Of a stretch of 64,000 nucleotides of DNA, positions 49,039 to 59,093 are shown one piece after another. This DNA is from Patescibacteria group bacterium (GTDB taxonomy: Bacteria > Patescibacteriota > Patescibacteriia > UM-FILTER-42-10): the NCBI GenBank assembly GCA_041666485.1, contig JBAYGW010000003.1, positions 16,415 to 80,414 of the forward strand. The letters run 5' to 3'. The position numbers and the translations under genes were made by a program. Under the pieces are notes generated by a model. The model did not search any database. It was given only the letters and a program-made list of their open reading frames with translations, and was not told the origin of the DNA. Positions within the stretch are counted from its first letter, which is position 1. Every line of letters begins with the position of its first letter.

Positions 49039-50234
49039 AATATGAATTTAAAATTCCGTTTTTTCTGGCATTTCGCCAGATTACCCGTGGTAGTAAGTGG
49101 ACTTTCTTTTTGATAATTTTTTTAATGGCGGCATCATTTATTAATCTAGTTTTTGTTTCTTCTCTTTTCAAGGGCATTATTAAAGGATCAAATGAGCAGG
49201 TGATAAATATGCATTCCGGACATATCATGATTAAACCGAACAGCGGAAAGGACGTGTTTGAAAACCGGGATGATCTAATTGAAGAGATTGAGAAAATCCC
49301 AAATATTGAATCAGCAACTACGCAATTTGAGATTGGCGGAAATCTTGCACTGAATGAAAAAAGCGGTAATTGGATAATCAATGCCATAAACCCGGATGAG
49401 GAGGTAAAAGTTACAAAACTTTTTGACAGTATGATTTCCGGGGAATATTTAAAATCAGGAGACCGGGAAGGAATTATCCTTGGTAAACAGATCGCGGGTG
49501 GTGATGTGGCGGAACTGGATGCTTTTTCCCTACATGCCAATGTCGGAGATACTATCATTGCAAATTTTAACGGCGTGGAAAAAGAATTTGTTGTAAGAGG
49601 AATATTCAATTCCAAATACATGACCGTAGACAATACTGCATTTATCACTTACGCGGGTTTGGAATCTATTTTTCCGGCTTTGGTTAATCAGGCCAATACC
49701 GCGCTTGTCCGCTTGATTGAACCCGGTGAAGAACAGACGGCCATCAATCAGCTGAAGAATGCGGGTATTCATGGAACATTTTATACCTGGGAAGACGCGG
49801 CCGGCATAATGAACTCCGTAACAAGCAGTTTTCTGACAATTGATTTTATACTCAGCTTTGTTGCCACATTAATCGCAGCGGTAACAATTTTTATAGTTGT
49901 CTACATTGATATTTCAAACAAGCGACAACAAATCGGAATATTGCGGGCGATAGGAGTGAAACCATATATTATCCGTTCCGCATACGTTATTATTTCTTCA
50001 ATATATTCCGTAATTGGCGTTGCTGTCGGTGCCGGACTGTTTTTCGGAATTATCATGCCGTATTTTGTTGCACATCCCTTTGTACTGCCGATTGTGGATG
50101 CAACCTTGGCAATTGAGCCTGGAGATTTTATTTTCCGCATGGAATCAATTATTATTGTTTCAATTCTGGTCAGCCTTATCCCCTCCTTCATGATAACCAG
50201 AATTAAGTTATTAAACGCTATCTGGGGTAAATAA
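49035..50234 (+). CDS. ABC transporter permease (FtsX-like)
   Basis: 399 aa; N-terminal TM, extracytoplasmic domain, C-terminal 3 TM. Confidence 0.8.
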   Translation: MKYEFKIPFFLAFRQITRGSKWTFFLIIFLMAASFINLVFVSSLFKGIIKGSNEQVINMHSGHIMIKPNSGKDVFENRDDLIEEIEKIPNIESATTQFEIGGNLALNEKSGNWIINAINPDEEVKVTKLFDSMISGEYLKSGDREGIILGKQIAGGDVAELDAFSLHANVGDTIIANFNGVEKEFVVRGIFNSKYMTVDNTAFITYAGLESIFPALVNQANTALVRLIEPGEEQTAINQLKNAGIHGTFYTWEDAAGIMNSVTSSFLTIDFILSFVATLIAAVTIFIVVYIDISNKRQQIGILRAIGVKPYIIRSAYVIISSIYSVIGVAVGAGLFFGIIMPYFVAHPFVLPIVDATLAIEPGDFIFRMESIIIVSILVSLIPSFMITRIKLLNAIWGK

Positions 50235-50265
50235 TTAATACAACTAGAAGGGATATCTAAACAAC

Positions 50266-50655
50266 ATGGAAGAACCTAAGGTAAGTCCAAAACCATTAAG
50301 GCTTTTTTACTTTTGGTCCGGTATCATCGCTACATTCGCCTACCGTGCAATTATTGTAATCAATGACGCGGTCGTCGTGAAGATATTTTGGTATGTCGGC
50401 ACAATCGGTTTTATAATCTATTTTATACACCGGTTTGATATTTCGCAAAAACGCTCTAAATTGATTGTAGATCACAAACTGCGGGAGAAAATGGACACTC
50501 TTGACCATCTGACCGACGATGATAAAAAAGCACTGAGTTATATACTCGGTACCCTAGTATCTTCAAAAGAGAAATGGAACAATTACGCAATCTTTATTCT
50601 CTCCGGAATTGCCCTAATATTGGGAATATTATTTGATTTTATCCTTAAAATTTAA
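50266..50655 (+). CDS. hypothetical small membrane protein
   Basis: 129 aa, 3 TM. Confidence 0.4.
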   Translation: MEEPKVSPKPLRLFYFWSGIIATFAYRAIIVINDAVVVKIFWYVGTIGFIIYFIHRFDISQKRSKLIVDHKLREKMDTLDHLTDDDKKALSYILGTLVSSKEKWNNYAIFILSGIALILGILFDFILKI

Positions 50656-50658
50656 ATT

Positions 50659-51093
50659 TTGATGGAAATAAAACAATTCACCGCCACCAAAGCGTTTATC
50701 AAATATAACGGTAAAATTCTGATTCTCCGTGAATCAGGAAAATATGAAGACGGAACTAATATGGGATATTATGATATTCCCGGTGGCAGAGTGAAGCCCG
50801 GGCAAAGGTTTGACGAAAGCTTGAGGAGGGAAATTAAAGAAGAAACCGGATTGAATATTGCGATCGGTGAACCGTTTTTTGTGAGTGAATGGCGACCGGA
50901 AAAAAACGGCGAGCAGTGGCAGATTGTCGGGATCTTTTTTGAATGTCAGGCGGACATTGACCGAGTGATTTTAAGCAATGATCACGACAAATACGAGTGG
51001 ATTGATCCAAAAGAATATATCAAATTTAAACTTATTGATAACTTAAAGCCGGCATTTAAGAGTTATAATCAGCGTCAAACAGTTAATCAATAA
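50659..51093 (+). CDS. NUDIX hydrolase
   Basis: GGRVKPGQRFDESLRREIKEETGL Nudix box. Confidence 0.8.
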   Translation: MMEIKQFTATKAFIKYNGKILILRESGKYEDGTNMGYYDIPGGRVKPGQRFDESLRREIKEETGLNIAIGEPFFVSEWRPEKNGEQWQIVGIFFECQADIDRVILSNDHDKYEWIDPKEYIKFKLIDNLKPAFKSYNQRQTVNQ

Positions 51094-52066
51094 GTTTTAA
51101 ATACCGAGAGCGGTTAACCCGCTCTTTTTCTTTTTCAAACGCCAATTTAAATTCGGGATAAATTTCGGAAACTCTAACTAACCTATCTTCAACTATTACT
51201 AGTGGATCAATCACACGCATTTTAGATTTTTTGTGGATGTAATCATAAATATCCGCATCTTCAATAACTTTATTACGATCAAGATTTTTTAATCTCCTAG
51301 TCGCTTCAATGATATCATTGTTACTGCAATTTTCTAATTTCTCAATAACTACGTCATCATCGGTTGCTAAATCTTCTTTCATTAATACCCCTGCTTCTAT
51401 AGCCATAACTATAATATTTTTTAACATATTGTAAGAATAGACACCCCAATTGGAATGCCAGAAATTTCCGCACATCCACAATGACAATTCAGCGAATTCT
51501 TTGGCAATATCTTTATCATGAAAAACAATCATATCATTTTTAACAACCAGATCGTTGATGATTATCTTTGCTTTCTTTTGATCTATCCTATTCGCAGTAA
51601 CACCATCACCTAGGGTATACTGCAAGCGATCCGCACAGATATTCGGCAGTTCATTTTCTGCTAGCGGCCATCTTTTTATATCTTCAACAGCGTCCGTATC
51701 AATTTTATATTTCTTCAAAACTGCACTGATGTCAGTCTGAAAATATTTTTTGTTCACGCTTTCTTGATAATCCTCTTTTTCATAACGGTTATATAAGTGA
51801 TCTATTACATGGGAAAATGTTCCGTGCGATATGTCATGCAGCAAACCGGCAAGCTGTTCTTCAAGTCCCGCACCGAATTGTTTTAATAACCAGTACACTC
51901 CCAATGAATGTTCAAATCGGGTTGTATCAGCTTCCGGATAAAAATAATGGTAAATTCCATATTGATGTATTTTTTTTAACCTCTGCAATTGCGGAGTATC
52001 AATCAATTCCAAAACTACCGGCTCTGTGATTTCAATGTTTCCATAGATTTTATCTGTGAATCGCAT
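51083..52066 (-). CDS. HD-domain phosphohydrolase
   Basis: 327 aa; H...HD motif (FEHSLGV...LLHDISHGTFSH). Confidence 0.7.
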   Translation of the reverse strand: MRFTDKIYGNIEITEPVVLELIDTPQLQRLKKIHQYGIYHYFYPEADTTRFEHSLGVYWLLKQFGAGLEEQLAGLLHDISHGTFSHVIDHLYNRYEKEDYQESVNKKYFQTDISAVLKKYKIDTDAVEDIKRWPLAENELPNICADRLQYTLGDGVTANRIDQKKAKIIINDLVVKNDMIVFHDKDIAKEFAELSLWMCGNFWHSNWGVYSYNMLKNIIVMAIEAGVLMKEDLATDDDVVIEKLENCSNNDIIEATRRLKNLDRNKVIEDADIYDYIHKKSKMRVIDPLVIVEDRLVRVSEIYPEFKLAFEKEKERVNRSRYLKLID

Positions 52067-52119
52067 GGATCTATTGTATTAAAAAAAGCGGATGTCGTCC
52101 ACCTTATTGTAATTTCTTT

Positions 52120-52401
52120 TTACTTTTTTATTGCTATCGGCCGTAGTGCAAAATACACAAAGGCAAATACAATGATTGTACCGATCATTCCGGCAAACGC
52201 CACAGCCAAGTAGTCATTGCCGAATATGTTCAATTCATAATCCGGCATTAGCACCTTTGAAGGATAATTTAGCGCTTTTACAATAAAACCCTTATCTTCC
52301 GCGACTTTTTCCAGGCCATCAGGGCTAGAAGAAGCAAACAAAGAAACAACACTTGCTGACAAAATAGATACTAATAATAGTATTTTATATCTTCTGTTCA
52401 T
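52120..52401 (-). CDS. PDGLE-domain protein (CbiN-like ECF accessory)
   Basis: 93 aa; SSSPDGLE motif, two TM. Confidence 0.6.
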   Translation of the reverse strand: MNRRYKILLLVSILSASVVSLFASSSPDGLEKVAEDKGFIVKALNYPSKVLMPDYELNIFGNDYLAVAFAGMIGTIIVFAFVYFALRPIAIKK

Positions 52402-53089
52402 TGCCTTTTTCTTTTTGCATATACCAAACTATCGCAAACGTAATTATGCCCTCGCCAATGCCGATCAAAGCATGCGTCTTAACCATTGCGGGAATAACTA
52501 AATTCAGTGCAATTGTGTTTGAAATTGCCAGTTCAAGAGATGTCGCAATTGATGCTAAGACAACACTTAACCAACCAGCAATAAAAACAGACAATAGTTT
52601 AAACTTAACAATCTTCCTGATTCCCTTGTAGCAATAAAAACCCGCTATTGTACCAATTATGCCCATATTAAAAATATTTGCACCCAAAGCAACCAACCCC
52701 CCGTCCGCAAAAAAAATAGACTGTATAACTAGAACGGCCGATATCACAATCAAAGCTTCCAGCGGACCGAGCAGTACAGCCGCCAACACTCCGCCCAATA
52801 AATGGCCGGACGTTCCATTCGCCACCGGAAAATTAAGCATTTGTGTCGCAAACACAAATGATGCGATAGTAGCCATGCGTAACAATTTATCCTTTCCATA
52901 TCCAGACAGTACGGATGTTTTTTTTACCGTTGAAAATTGCGCACCTTCGGGCGTAGCTAGCGCAAGAATTTCCTTCTTTACAAAAAACTTTCTTTTTACC
53001 CTGCTAACAGCAAAGCTGACCGCAGCAACTGCTGCAGTAATTAATGAAGCGGACGTATTTGGTCCTAAAAATCCGTCTGGAATATGCAT
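52385..53089 (-). CDS. cbiM: ECF-type metal transporter substrate-capture subunit CbiM
   Basis: MHIPDGFL N-terminus, 6-7 TM. Confidence 0.8.
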   Translation of the reverse strand: MHIPDGFLGPNTSASLITAAVAAVSFAVSRVKRKFFVKKEILALATPEGAQFSTVKKTSVLSGYGKDKLLRMATIASFVFATQMLNFPVANGTSGHLLGGVLAAVLLGPLEALIVISAVLVIQSIFFADGGLVALGANIFNMGIIGTIAGFYCYKGIRKIVKFKLLSVFIAGWLSVVLASIATSLELAISNTIALNLVIPAMVKTHALIGIGEGIITFAIVWYMQKEKGNEQKI

Positions 53090-53092
53090 AGT

Positions 53093-53842
53093 TTATTCAA
53101 TGAGTAACATTAACGCCATTATTCCAATTCCGAGCATTAAGGACAGTAATTGAAACCACGATTTTCTAAAGTCGGTTTCTTTTTTCATTTCCGGAATTAA
53201 ATCAGCAGCAGCAATATAGACAAAACCGCCGACCGTAAACGCAACAAGAAATTCTTGCGTATTTTCCAAAACTGATCCAACTAATAAGGCCAGGACAGCG
53301 CCCGCTATTGCCGTTAATGCAGACAGAAAATTGAAAAGTAGCGCTTTTTTCTTGCTAAATCCGGCATGCAATAGAATTCCAAAGTCCCCTATTTCTTGAG
53401 GAATTTCATGCAATATTACTGCGACAGTTGTCGCGATACCTAACGGGATATTAACTAAGTAACTTCCGGCTATTATCATGCCGTCAATTAGATTATGAAA
53501 GCCATCTCCTACTATATTATTCACTGCAACAGGATGCGGATGATTTTCAGACGTTGGCACATGGCAATGTCGCCAACATAATATTTTTTCCAAAATGAAG
53601 AATAGTAAGAAACCCAATATAATCATAAAAGGGATCATTGCAATATTATTTGAATCTTTATAGACCTCCGGAATCAAATGAATGAATGCGTCACCTAATA
53701 ATGAGCCCGCGGCAAAACTAACTAAGAACAAAAGGCTCTTTTTTAGTTTCTCCATATCAATTGAAATTGCAACGATTCCAATCAATGAAACCAAACTTAC
53801 TATGAAGACGCTCCCAATTGTATATAGCCAAACTTGTGTCAT
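53093..53842 (-). CDS. ZIP family metal transporter (ZupT-like)
   Basis: HNLIDGM, HEIPQEIGDF motifs. Confidence 0.8.
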   Translation of the reverse strand: MTQVWLYTIGSVFIVSLVSLIGIVAISIDMEKLKKSLLFLVSFAAGSLLGDAFIHLIPEVYKDSNNIAMIPFMIILGFLLFFILEKILCWRHCHVPTSENHPHPVAVNNIVGDGFHNLIDGMIIAGSYLVNIPLGIATTVAVILHEIPQEIGDFGILLHAGFSKKKALLFNFLSALTAIAGAVLALLVGSVLENTQEFLVAFTVGGFVYIAAADLIPEMKKETDFRKSWFQLLSLMLGIGIMALMLLIE

Positions 53843-53863
53843 ATTATTTTCATTATATCATTA

Positions 53864-54838
53864 TTATTCAACGCTCGCATCAAGCTTCTTTAAACGTAAT
53901 ATTGACCAGATAGCGCCAAACACAATTACGGCGCCCAGCCATTGTCCTAAAGATAGCGTTTGATTATGTATAAAGTATTCTAATATTATGGCACTGACCG
54001 GAAAAACCATTTCGTACATTATGGAACGCGTTGCCAAAACTTTTTTTAACCCCCAGTAGTATATAAATATTGCCGTACCGCCGGTGGTCAGCGCAATCAC
54101 CACGAAAGCACCGATCAGGTTCCAATTCACAGCACTAAATCCGGCGAAGCCCTCATAATTAGTATCAATCCCGGAATAATTTAACAGCGAAATCACAGAA
54201 ATTATTACTAGCATTATTGCTGTTGTAATAAAAAACCTCAGGGCAGTTCCCAAACCGTTACTGATTTTAGTAACCGCTCTTTTTGAAAACACAGTTGAGG
54301 ATCCGAACGAAAAGGCGGCCAGAATAGCCAGCATTGCCGGCACAAACATTCCGGTGACTTTGAAATTCGGGCTGTTCAAACCGAATGTCAAAAGATAACT
54401 GCCAATCAGAGCAACTAGCGCCCAGACGTAAAATACTTTTCTTGGCCTTTCTTTCAGCCACAAATATGCAAGCAGTATGGCGAAGATCGGCTGCAGCTTC
54501 TGAAGTAAAAGTACCACGGAAATATTCAGGCCTTCACTATAAACCTGCACGATTGCCGCGATGATCGCCATAGTCCCGATCGCACCACCGAACAAGCCGG
54601 TCAATCCAAATGCCAACCAGTCTTTTTTATCCAGATTTTTCAATTCGGCGGATTTGGTAAACAAGAAATAACTTAAGAATACTGATGAAACAGCATGTAA
54701 CATGAAAACAAATGTCGGTACGTCGGAAAGACCCAGGTCTACCACCCAGGGTGTCAGTACCACTCCGTCAAATGCCCATAAAAAAGCGGCAAACATGATT
54801 GCCAGCGCTCCCATAAAACCAATATTCTTTAATCTCAT
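53864..54838 (-). CDS. DMT superfamily (EamA-like) transporter
   Basis: 324 aa, about 10 TM in two EamA halves. Confidence 0.65.
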   Translation of the reverse strand: MRLKNIGFMGALAIMFAAFLWAFDGVVLTPWVVDLGLSDVPTFVFMLHAVSSVFLSYFLFTKSAELKNLDKKDWLAFGLTGLFGGAIGTMAIIAAIVQVYSEGLNISVVLLLQKLQPIFAILLAYLWLKERPRKVFYVWALVALIGSYLLTFGLNSPNFKVTGMFVPAMLAILAAFSFGSSTVFSKRAVTKISNGLGTALRFFITTAIMLVIISVISLLNYSGIDTNYEGFAGFSAVNWNLIGAFVVIALTTGGTAIFIYYWGLKKVLATRSIMYEMVFPVSAIILEYFIHNQTLSLGQWLGAVIVFGAIWSILRLKKLDASVE

Positions 54839-54882
54839 ATTAATTTAAAATTTTGTAAAGATATTATATCAGAAAATAATGA

Positions 54883-55653
54883 TTAGCATAATTTTACAGT
54901 TTCATCATGAAGTCTGGTGCCGTTAGTGGCAATAAATATGCTGTTCATGTCATTTTTTTCAATTCTGCCGGAAAAATCCGTAATGCGTGCCCCTGCCTCT
55001 CGGGCAATTAATTTGCCCGCGATATGGTCATATATTTCGCTGTAGTTATTAATTAATATTTCTACTTTCCCTGAAGCAAGCATGCAGAAATCCAGTGAAG
55101 GAGACCAATTGCGTAAAATTCTTTTTACTTTTTTATTTTCAACTCTATCAATGATTAACTTATGCGGCTTGCGGTTCACTGTGTAATGAGTTATGTAGAC
55201 AACGGTTGATTTCTCCAATTCGGATATTTTATTTACTTCAATCTTTTTTTTATTACAGAAAGCGCCATTACCTTTTTCCGCATAATATGTTTTTTCTTGG
55301 ATCGGGTCGTACACTACTGACGCAATTATTTCATCATTTCTTAATAATGCGATGGAAGCAGAAAAATTAGGTATTCCTAAAACAAAATTATTTGAGCCGT
55401 CTAACGGATCAATGATCAAGGTATATTCAGAATTTTTCTTTATCTCTCCCGTTTCTTCGGAGAAGATATTAAAACCGGGTAATTCTTTGGTGACAATATT
55501 TAAAATAGCCGCCTCTGATTCAATATCAGCTTTCGTATAAACATCAGCCGGAAATGTCTTCTGAACAACTTGCAGATCGTGGCCGAAATATTTCCTTAAT
55601 ACTTCCCCGCCGGCCTCTGCCGCTTTGATAATTACCTTTGTTTCTCTTTTCAT
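54883..55653 (-). CDS. inositol monophosphatase family protein
   Basis: IIDPLDGSNNF and YDHIAGKLIAREAG motifs. Confidence 0.8.
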   Translation of the reverse strand: MKRETKVIIKAAEAGGEVLRKYFGHDLQVVQKTFPADVYTKADIESEAAILNIVTKELPGFNIFSEETGEIKKNSEYTLIIDPLDGSNNFVLGIPNFSASIALLRNDEIIASVVYDPIQEKTYYAEKGNGAFCNKKKIEVNKISELEKSTVVYITHYTVNRKPHKLIIDRVENKKVKRILRNWSPSLDFCMLASGKVEILINNYSEIYDHIAGKLIAREAGARITDFSGRIEKNDMNSIFIATNGTRLHDETVKLC

Positions 55654-55810
55654 ACCGTCTTATTGTACCAAATATCAATGTTTCTGGCGACTTGTCATTA
55701 CAGTCACGTAGCAACCCTGACTTGCCAGAGTAAATGAAATATGGTAAAAACAAAACTGTGCCCATCTTCAGGGCGCAAATGACCAAAACCCGTTTTTGGG
55801 AGGTATTGGT

Positions 55811-56923
55811 ATGGACCAACGATTTGTCGATCTGGCGAGAGTCATGGTCGGCCATTCCACAAGGGTCTCAAAGGACGATATCGTCATCGTCAAGAGCACG
55901 GAGGTAGTGCCGCCCGACATGATCTTCGCGGTGATCCAGACCGTGCGCGAAGCGGGGGGCTCCGTGATCCCCTGGCGCTACGATCCGCGCATTGACTTCG
56001 AGGCATTCAGGGGTGGCACCGCTCACCAGCTGCGTGCCTGGGGCGCCGGCCAGTTTACCCAACTGGCTGCCGCCAACTGCTTCATTGAGTTCCGGCCGTT
56101 CAGTAACCAGCTCGACGGCAACGACGTGCCGGCAGCGGACATGCAGCGCCACGGCGAGGTGTTCGTTCCGCTGACGGTTGAACAGCGCGTGGAACGCACC
56201 CGCTGGGTGCTGACCCGCTGGCCGACGCCGGCCAACGCCCAGTTGGCCGGGATGTCCACGACGCAGTTCGAAGAGTTCTTCTTCAAGGCATGCCTCGCCG
56301 ACTACGGCGCCATGGCCAAGGCCGTGAAGCCGCTCGTCGCCCTGATGGAGCGGACCGACCAGGTCCAGATCCAAGGGCCGGGCGACACCGATCTCACTTT
56401 CAGCATCAAGGGAATTCCGATCATCGCCTGTACCGGATCGCACAACATCCCCGACGGCGAAGTGTTCACGGCGCCGGTTCGCGATTCCATGAACGGCGTG
56501 ATCGCCTACAACACCCCCACGGTCAACTCCCGCGGCCAGCGGTTCACCAATCTCCGCTTCGTGGTCAAGGCGGGCAAGATCGTGGAGGCGACCTGCGAGA
56601 CGGGTGACCAGACGGCGCTGGACGCCTTCCTGGACACCGACGAGGGTGCCCGCTACTTCGGCGAATTCGCCCTCGGCATCAACAACTTCGTCACGGGTGT
56701 GATCGGCGAAACGCTGTTCGACGAGAAGGTCGGTGGAAGCCTCCACTTGACGCCCGGCCGGTGCTATGAGCAAGCGCCGAACGGGAACCAGTCGGCCAAC
56801 CACTGGGACATCGTCTGCGATCAGCGCGGGGCTTCCGGTGGTGGGGAGATCTACTTCGACGGCAAGCTGGTCCGCAGCAAAGGGCTTTTCATCCCGAAGA
56901 GCCTCCACGCGCTCAATCCCTGA
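55811..56923 (+). CDS. M29-family aminopeptidase (AmpS/PepS-like), high-GC gene
   Basis: 371 aa; GEFALGIN and HWDIV motifs; about 65% GC; GGGAGG SD before ATG 55811. Confidence 0.75.
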   Translation: MDQRFVDLARVMVGHSTRVSKDDIVIVKSTEVVPPDMIFAVIQTVREAGGSVIPWRYDPRIDFEAFRGGTAHQLRAWGAGQFTQLAAANCFIEFRPFSNQLDGNDVPAADMQRHGEVFVPLTVEQRVERTRWVLTRWPTPANAQLAGMSTTQFEEFFFKACLADYGAMAKAVKPLVALMERTDQVQIQGPGDTDLTFSIKGIPIIACTGSHNIPDGEVFTAPVRDSMNGVIAYNTPTVNSRGQRFTNLRFVVKAGKIVEATCETGDQTALDAFLDTDEGARYFGEFALGINNFVTGVIGETLFDEKVGGSLHLTPGRCYEQAPNGNQSANHWDIVCDQRGASGGGEIYFDGKLVRSKGLFIPKSLHALNP

Positions 56924-56989
56924 CCGCACAACCGGCGCATTGTCAACTAAGCCGTCTAGCACGGCTATTCGCTCTTGAAACGGACCCGC

Positions 56990-57027
56990 GAACTGTGACC
57001 TTAACAGTTCAAAGGTCCATTTTTTTT
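56990..57027 (+). terminator. intrinsic terminator of the aminopeptidase gene
   Basis: GAACTGT..ACAGTTC / GACCTT..AAGGTC hairpins followed by CATTTTTTTT. Confidence 0.55.
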
Positions 57028-57034
57028 ATAATCT

Positions 57035-57068
57035 AAAACCGCTCAAATAATGCATATTGAGCGGTTTT
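57035..57068. terminator. bidirectional terminator AAAACCGCTCAA..TTGAGCGGTTTT
   Basis: 12-bp perfect stem between convergent genes. Confidence 0.5.
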
Positions 57069-57080
57069 ATGAATTAATAT

Positions 57081-58127
57081 TTATTTCACTAGGTTTTTCA
57101 TTTTCATTTTCTGGCTGTAAGAAGTAATATTTTCAATCGTCGTATCCAATATCCTTTCCAACGCCTCTTTGCTGTTGAAAGCGTTATGCGGGGTTACTAC
57201 AACTTTGTCAGACATTAATAGCATATGACCTTCCACGATTGTTTCCAGATTCTCCTTGATATTCTGCTGATTTTTGCTGACAAAATGCGGGGACAAAAGT
57301 TCCGTTTCTTCTTTGAGTATATATTTTTCCTCTTCTAACACATCTAATCCAATACCTGCAAGTTTGCCACTACGTAACCCGTCAATCAAAGCTGTCGTAT
57401 CAATCAGGCCTCCGCGGGCGGTATTGATGATCATTGCCCCTTCTTTAACCAGTTTGATATTTTTCCTGTTGATCATGTGATGGGTTTTCTTGGTATACGG
57501 CGCGTGCAGTGTAATAATATCCGACACACTGATCAGCCGGTTGAGTGTTACATATTGGAACCCCATTTTCTTTGCTAACTTCTGATTCCGATGAACATCA
57601 TACACAATCACTTTCATATTGAAGCCTTGGGCAATTCTTATGACATGTTGTCCGATATTTCCACTGCCAACCACGCCGATCGTTTTGTCTCTGAGATCAA
57701 AACCACGCAATCCCTCCAAACTGAAATTTCCACGTGATGTCCGTTCATAAGCCTGGTGGATTTTCCTGCTAAGCGAGAGAATTAAGGCGAAGGTATGTTC
57801 CGCAACCGTATTTGCTCCGTACGTCGGCACATTTGCTACCTTGATATTCATTTTTTGCGCCGACTTAAGATCAATGTGATCAAATCCGGTTGAACGGGTT
57901 GCTACTAATTTCAGATTTGGTAGTGCCGAAAGAATATCCTTATTTATTTTGGAATAGATAAAAGGCGACAAGATACCGACATTCTGAATACTTTTCAGAT
58001 TTTCCTTATCTATAGTTTTACTGAAAAAACTAAGTTCAAACCCTTTTAATCTTTTTTCTAGATATTCCTTTTCCCACTGCTCAACCTCAAAAAAAGCAAC
58101 GCTTACTTTTCGGTTTTTTTTGGTCAT
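57081..58127 (-). CDS. D-isomer-specific 2-hydroxyacid dehydrogenase
   Basis: GVVGSGNIGQHV NAD-binding motif, catalytic R/E/H spacing. Confidence 0.8.
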   Translation of the reverse strand: MTKKNRKVSVAFFEVEQWEKEYLEKRLKGFELSFFSKTIDKENLKSIQNVGILSPFIYSKINKDILSALPNLKLVATRSTGFDHIDLKSAQKMNIKVANVPTYGANTVAEHTFALILSLSRKIHQAYERTSRGNFSLEGLRGFDLRDKTIGVVGSGNIGQHVIRIAQGFNMKVIVYDVHRNQKLAKKMGFQYVTLNRLISVSDIITLHAPYTKKTHHMINRKNIKLVKEGAMIINTARGGLIDTTALIDGLRSGKLAGIGLDVLEEEKYILKEETELLSPHFVSKNQQNIKENLETIVEGHMLLMSDKVVVTPHNAFNSKEALERILDTTIENITSYSQKMKMKNLVK

Positions 58128-58375
58128 TATTCTTCTCTCTTGGAACCCTTTCTAGCCTTTATCTTTTTTCTAGTTTTGTTAACTTTCTTTACCGTTGCAA
58201 TGCTGGTTAATATAGCAAAGGCACCGGCCAAACCCAACATTACTTTCTTTTTTGTTTCATCATCCATTGAGCTGTACTTACCTTTTATTTTATTGGTATG
58301 CTCAATCAGTTTGTCAAACTTTTTATGTTCAACGGTTGGTGATGAAGCAGGAACGCGTTTCTTGGTAATTTTCAT
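58127..58375 (-). CDS. hypothetical small protein with one TM
   Basis: 82 aa, lysine-rich. Confidence 0.3.
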   Translation of the reverse strand: MKITKKRVPASSPTVEHKKFDKLIEHTNKIKGKYSSMDDETKKKVMLGLAGAFAILTSIATVKKVNKTRKKIKARKGSKREE

Positions 58376-58396
58376 GGGTTTAATCCTTTCTAGTTA

Positions 58397-58972
58397 TTAA
58401 TAATTTTCTTTAAATATTTCAAAGTGTGCCTGGGGGTGCAGGCAAGCCGGGCAGACATTCGGCGCCTTTGTTCCCTCGTGCAGATAACCGCAATTCCGAC
58501 ACTTCCAAATAATCTTTTCACCGCTGACAAATACTTTACCTTCTTCTAAATTTTGATACAGCTTTCTGTACCTTTTTTCGTGTGCTCCTTCAACTTTTGA
58601 AATATTCCGAAAAGCATTGGCAATTTCTTTGAATCCTTCTTCCTCTGCGACATCAGCAAAGCCAGGATATAGTTCTGACCACTCTTCATGTTCGCCTTCC
58701 GCGGCTGCCTTCAAATTTTCCAAGGTCGTGCCAATTTTTCCGGCAGGATAAGTGGCAGTTATTTCAACCTTATTGCCTTCCAAAAATTTGAAAAATATTT
58801 TGGCATGTTCCCGTTCATTCAAAGCGGTTTCTTCAAAAATACCAAACATTTGTTCCAAGCCTTCTTTTTTCGCCTGCTTGGAAAAATAATCATAACGCAT
58901 TCGGGCCTGTGACTCACCGGCAAATGCTTTGAGCAAATTTTTTTCTGTTTGTGAACCAGCTAAATTTCCCAT
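58397..58972 (-). CDS. rubrerythrin
   Basis: di-iron ferritin-like E..H motifs plus C-terminal rubredoxin-like CRNCG...CPAC. Confidence 0.85.
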   Translation of the reverse strand: MGNLAGSQTEKNLLKAFAGESQARMRYDYFSKQAKKEGLEQMFGIFEETALNEREHAKIFFKFLEGNKVEITATYPAGKIGTTLENLKAAAEGEHEEWSELYPGFADVAEEEGFKEIANAFRNISKVEGAHEKRYRKLYQNLEEGKVFVSGEKIIWKCRNCGYLHEGTKAPNVCPACLHPQAHFEIFKENY

Positions 58973-59093
58973 ATCAATTGATGTTAATGATTATTTGTAT
59001 TGGTCTACATTATAGCAGATTTACACGGATTATCAATTAGAGCCAAAATGAAAAAACCAAATTATTCCGGCTCAAAATTGAAGATAAACAATT

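Noticed and set aside
1500-57030. GC-rich islands as assembly chimeras or contamination
   Set aside because: Not excluded, but each island is short (0.3-1.7 kb) and embedded between intact native genes, with clean gene boundaries on both sides. That fits insertion better than a mis-join. Only read-level evidence can settle it.
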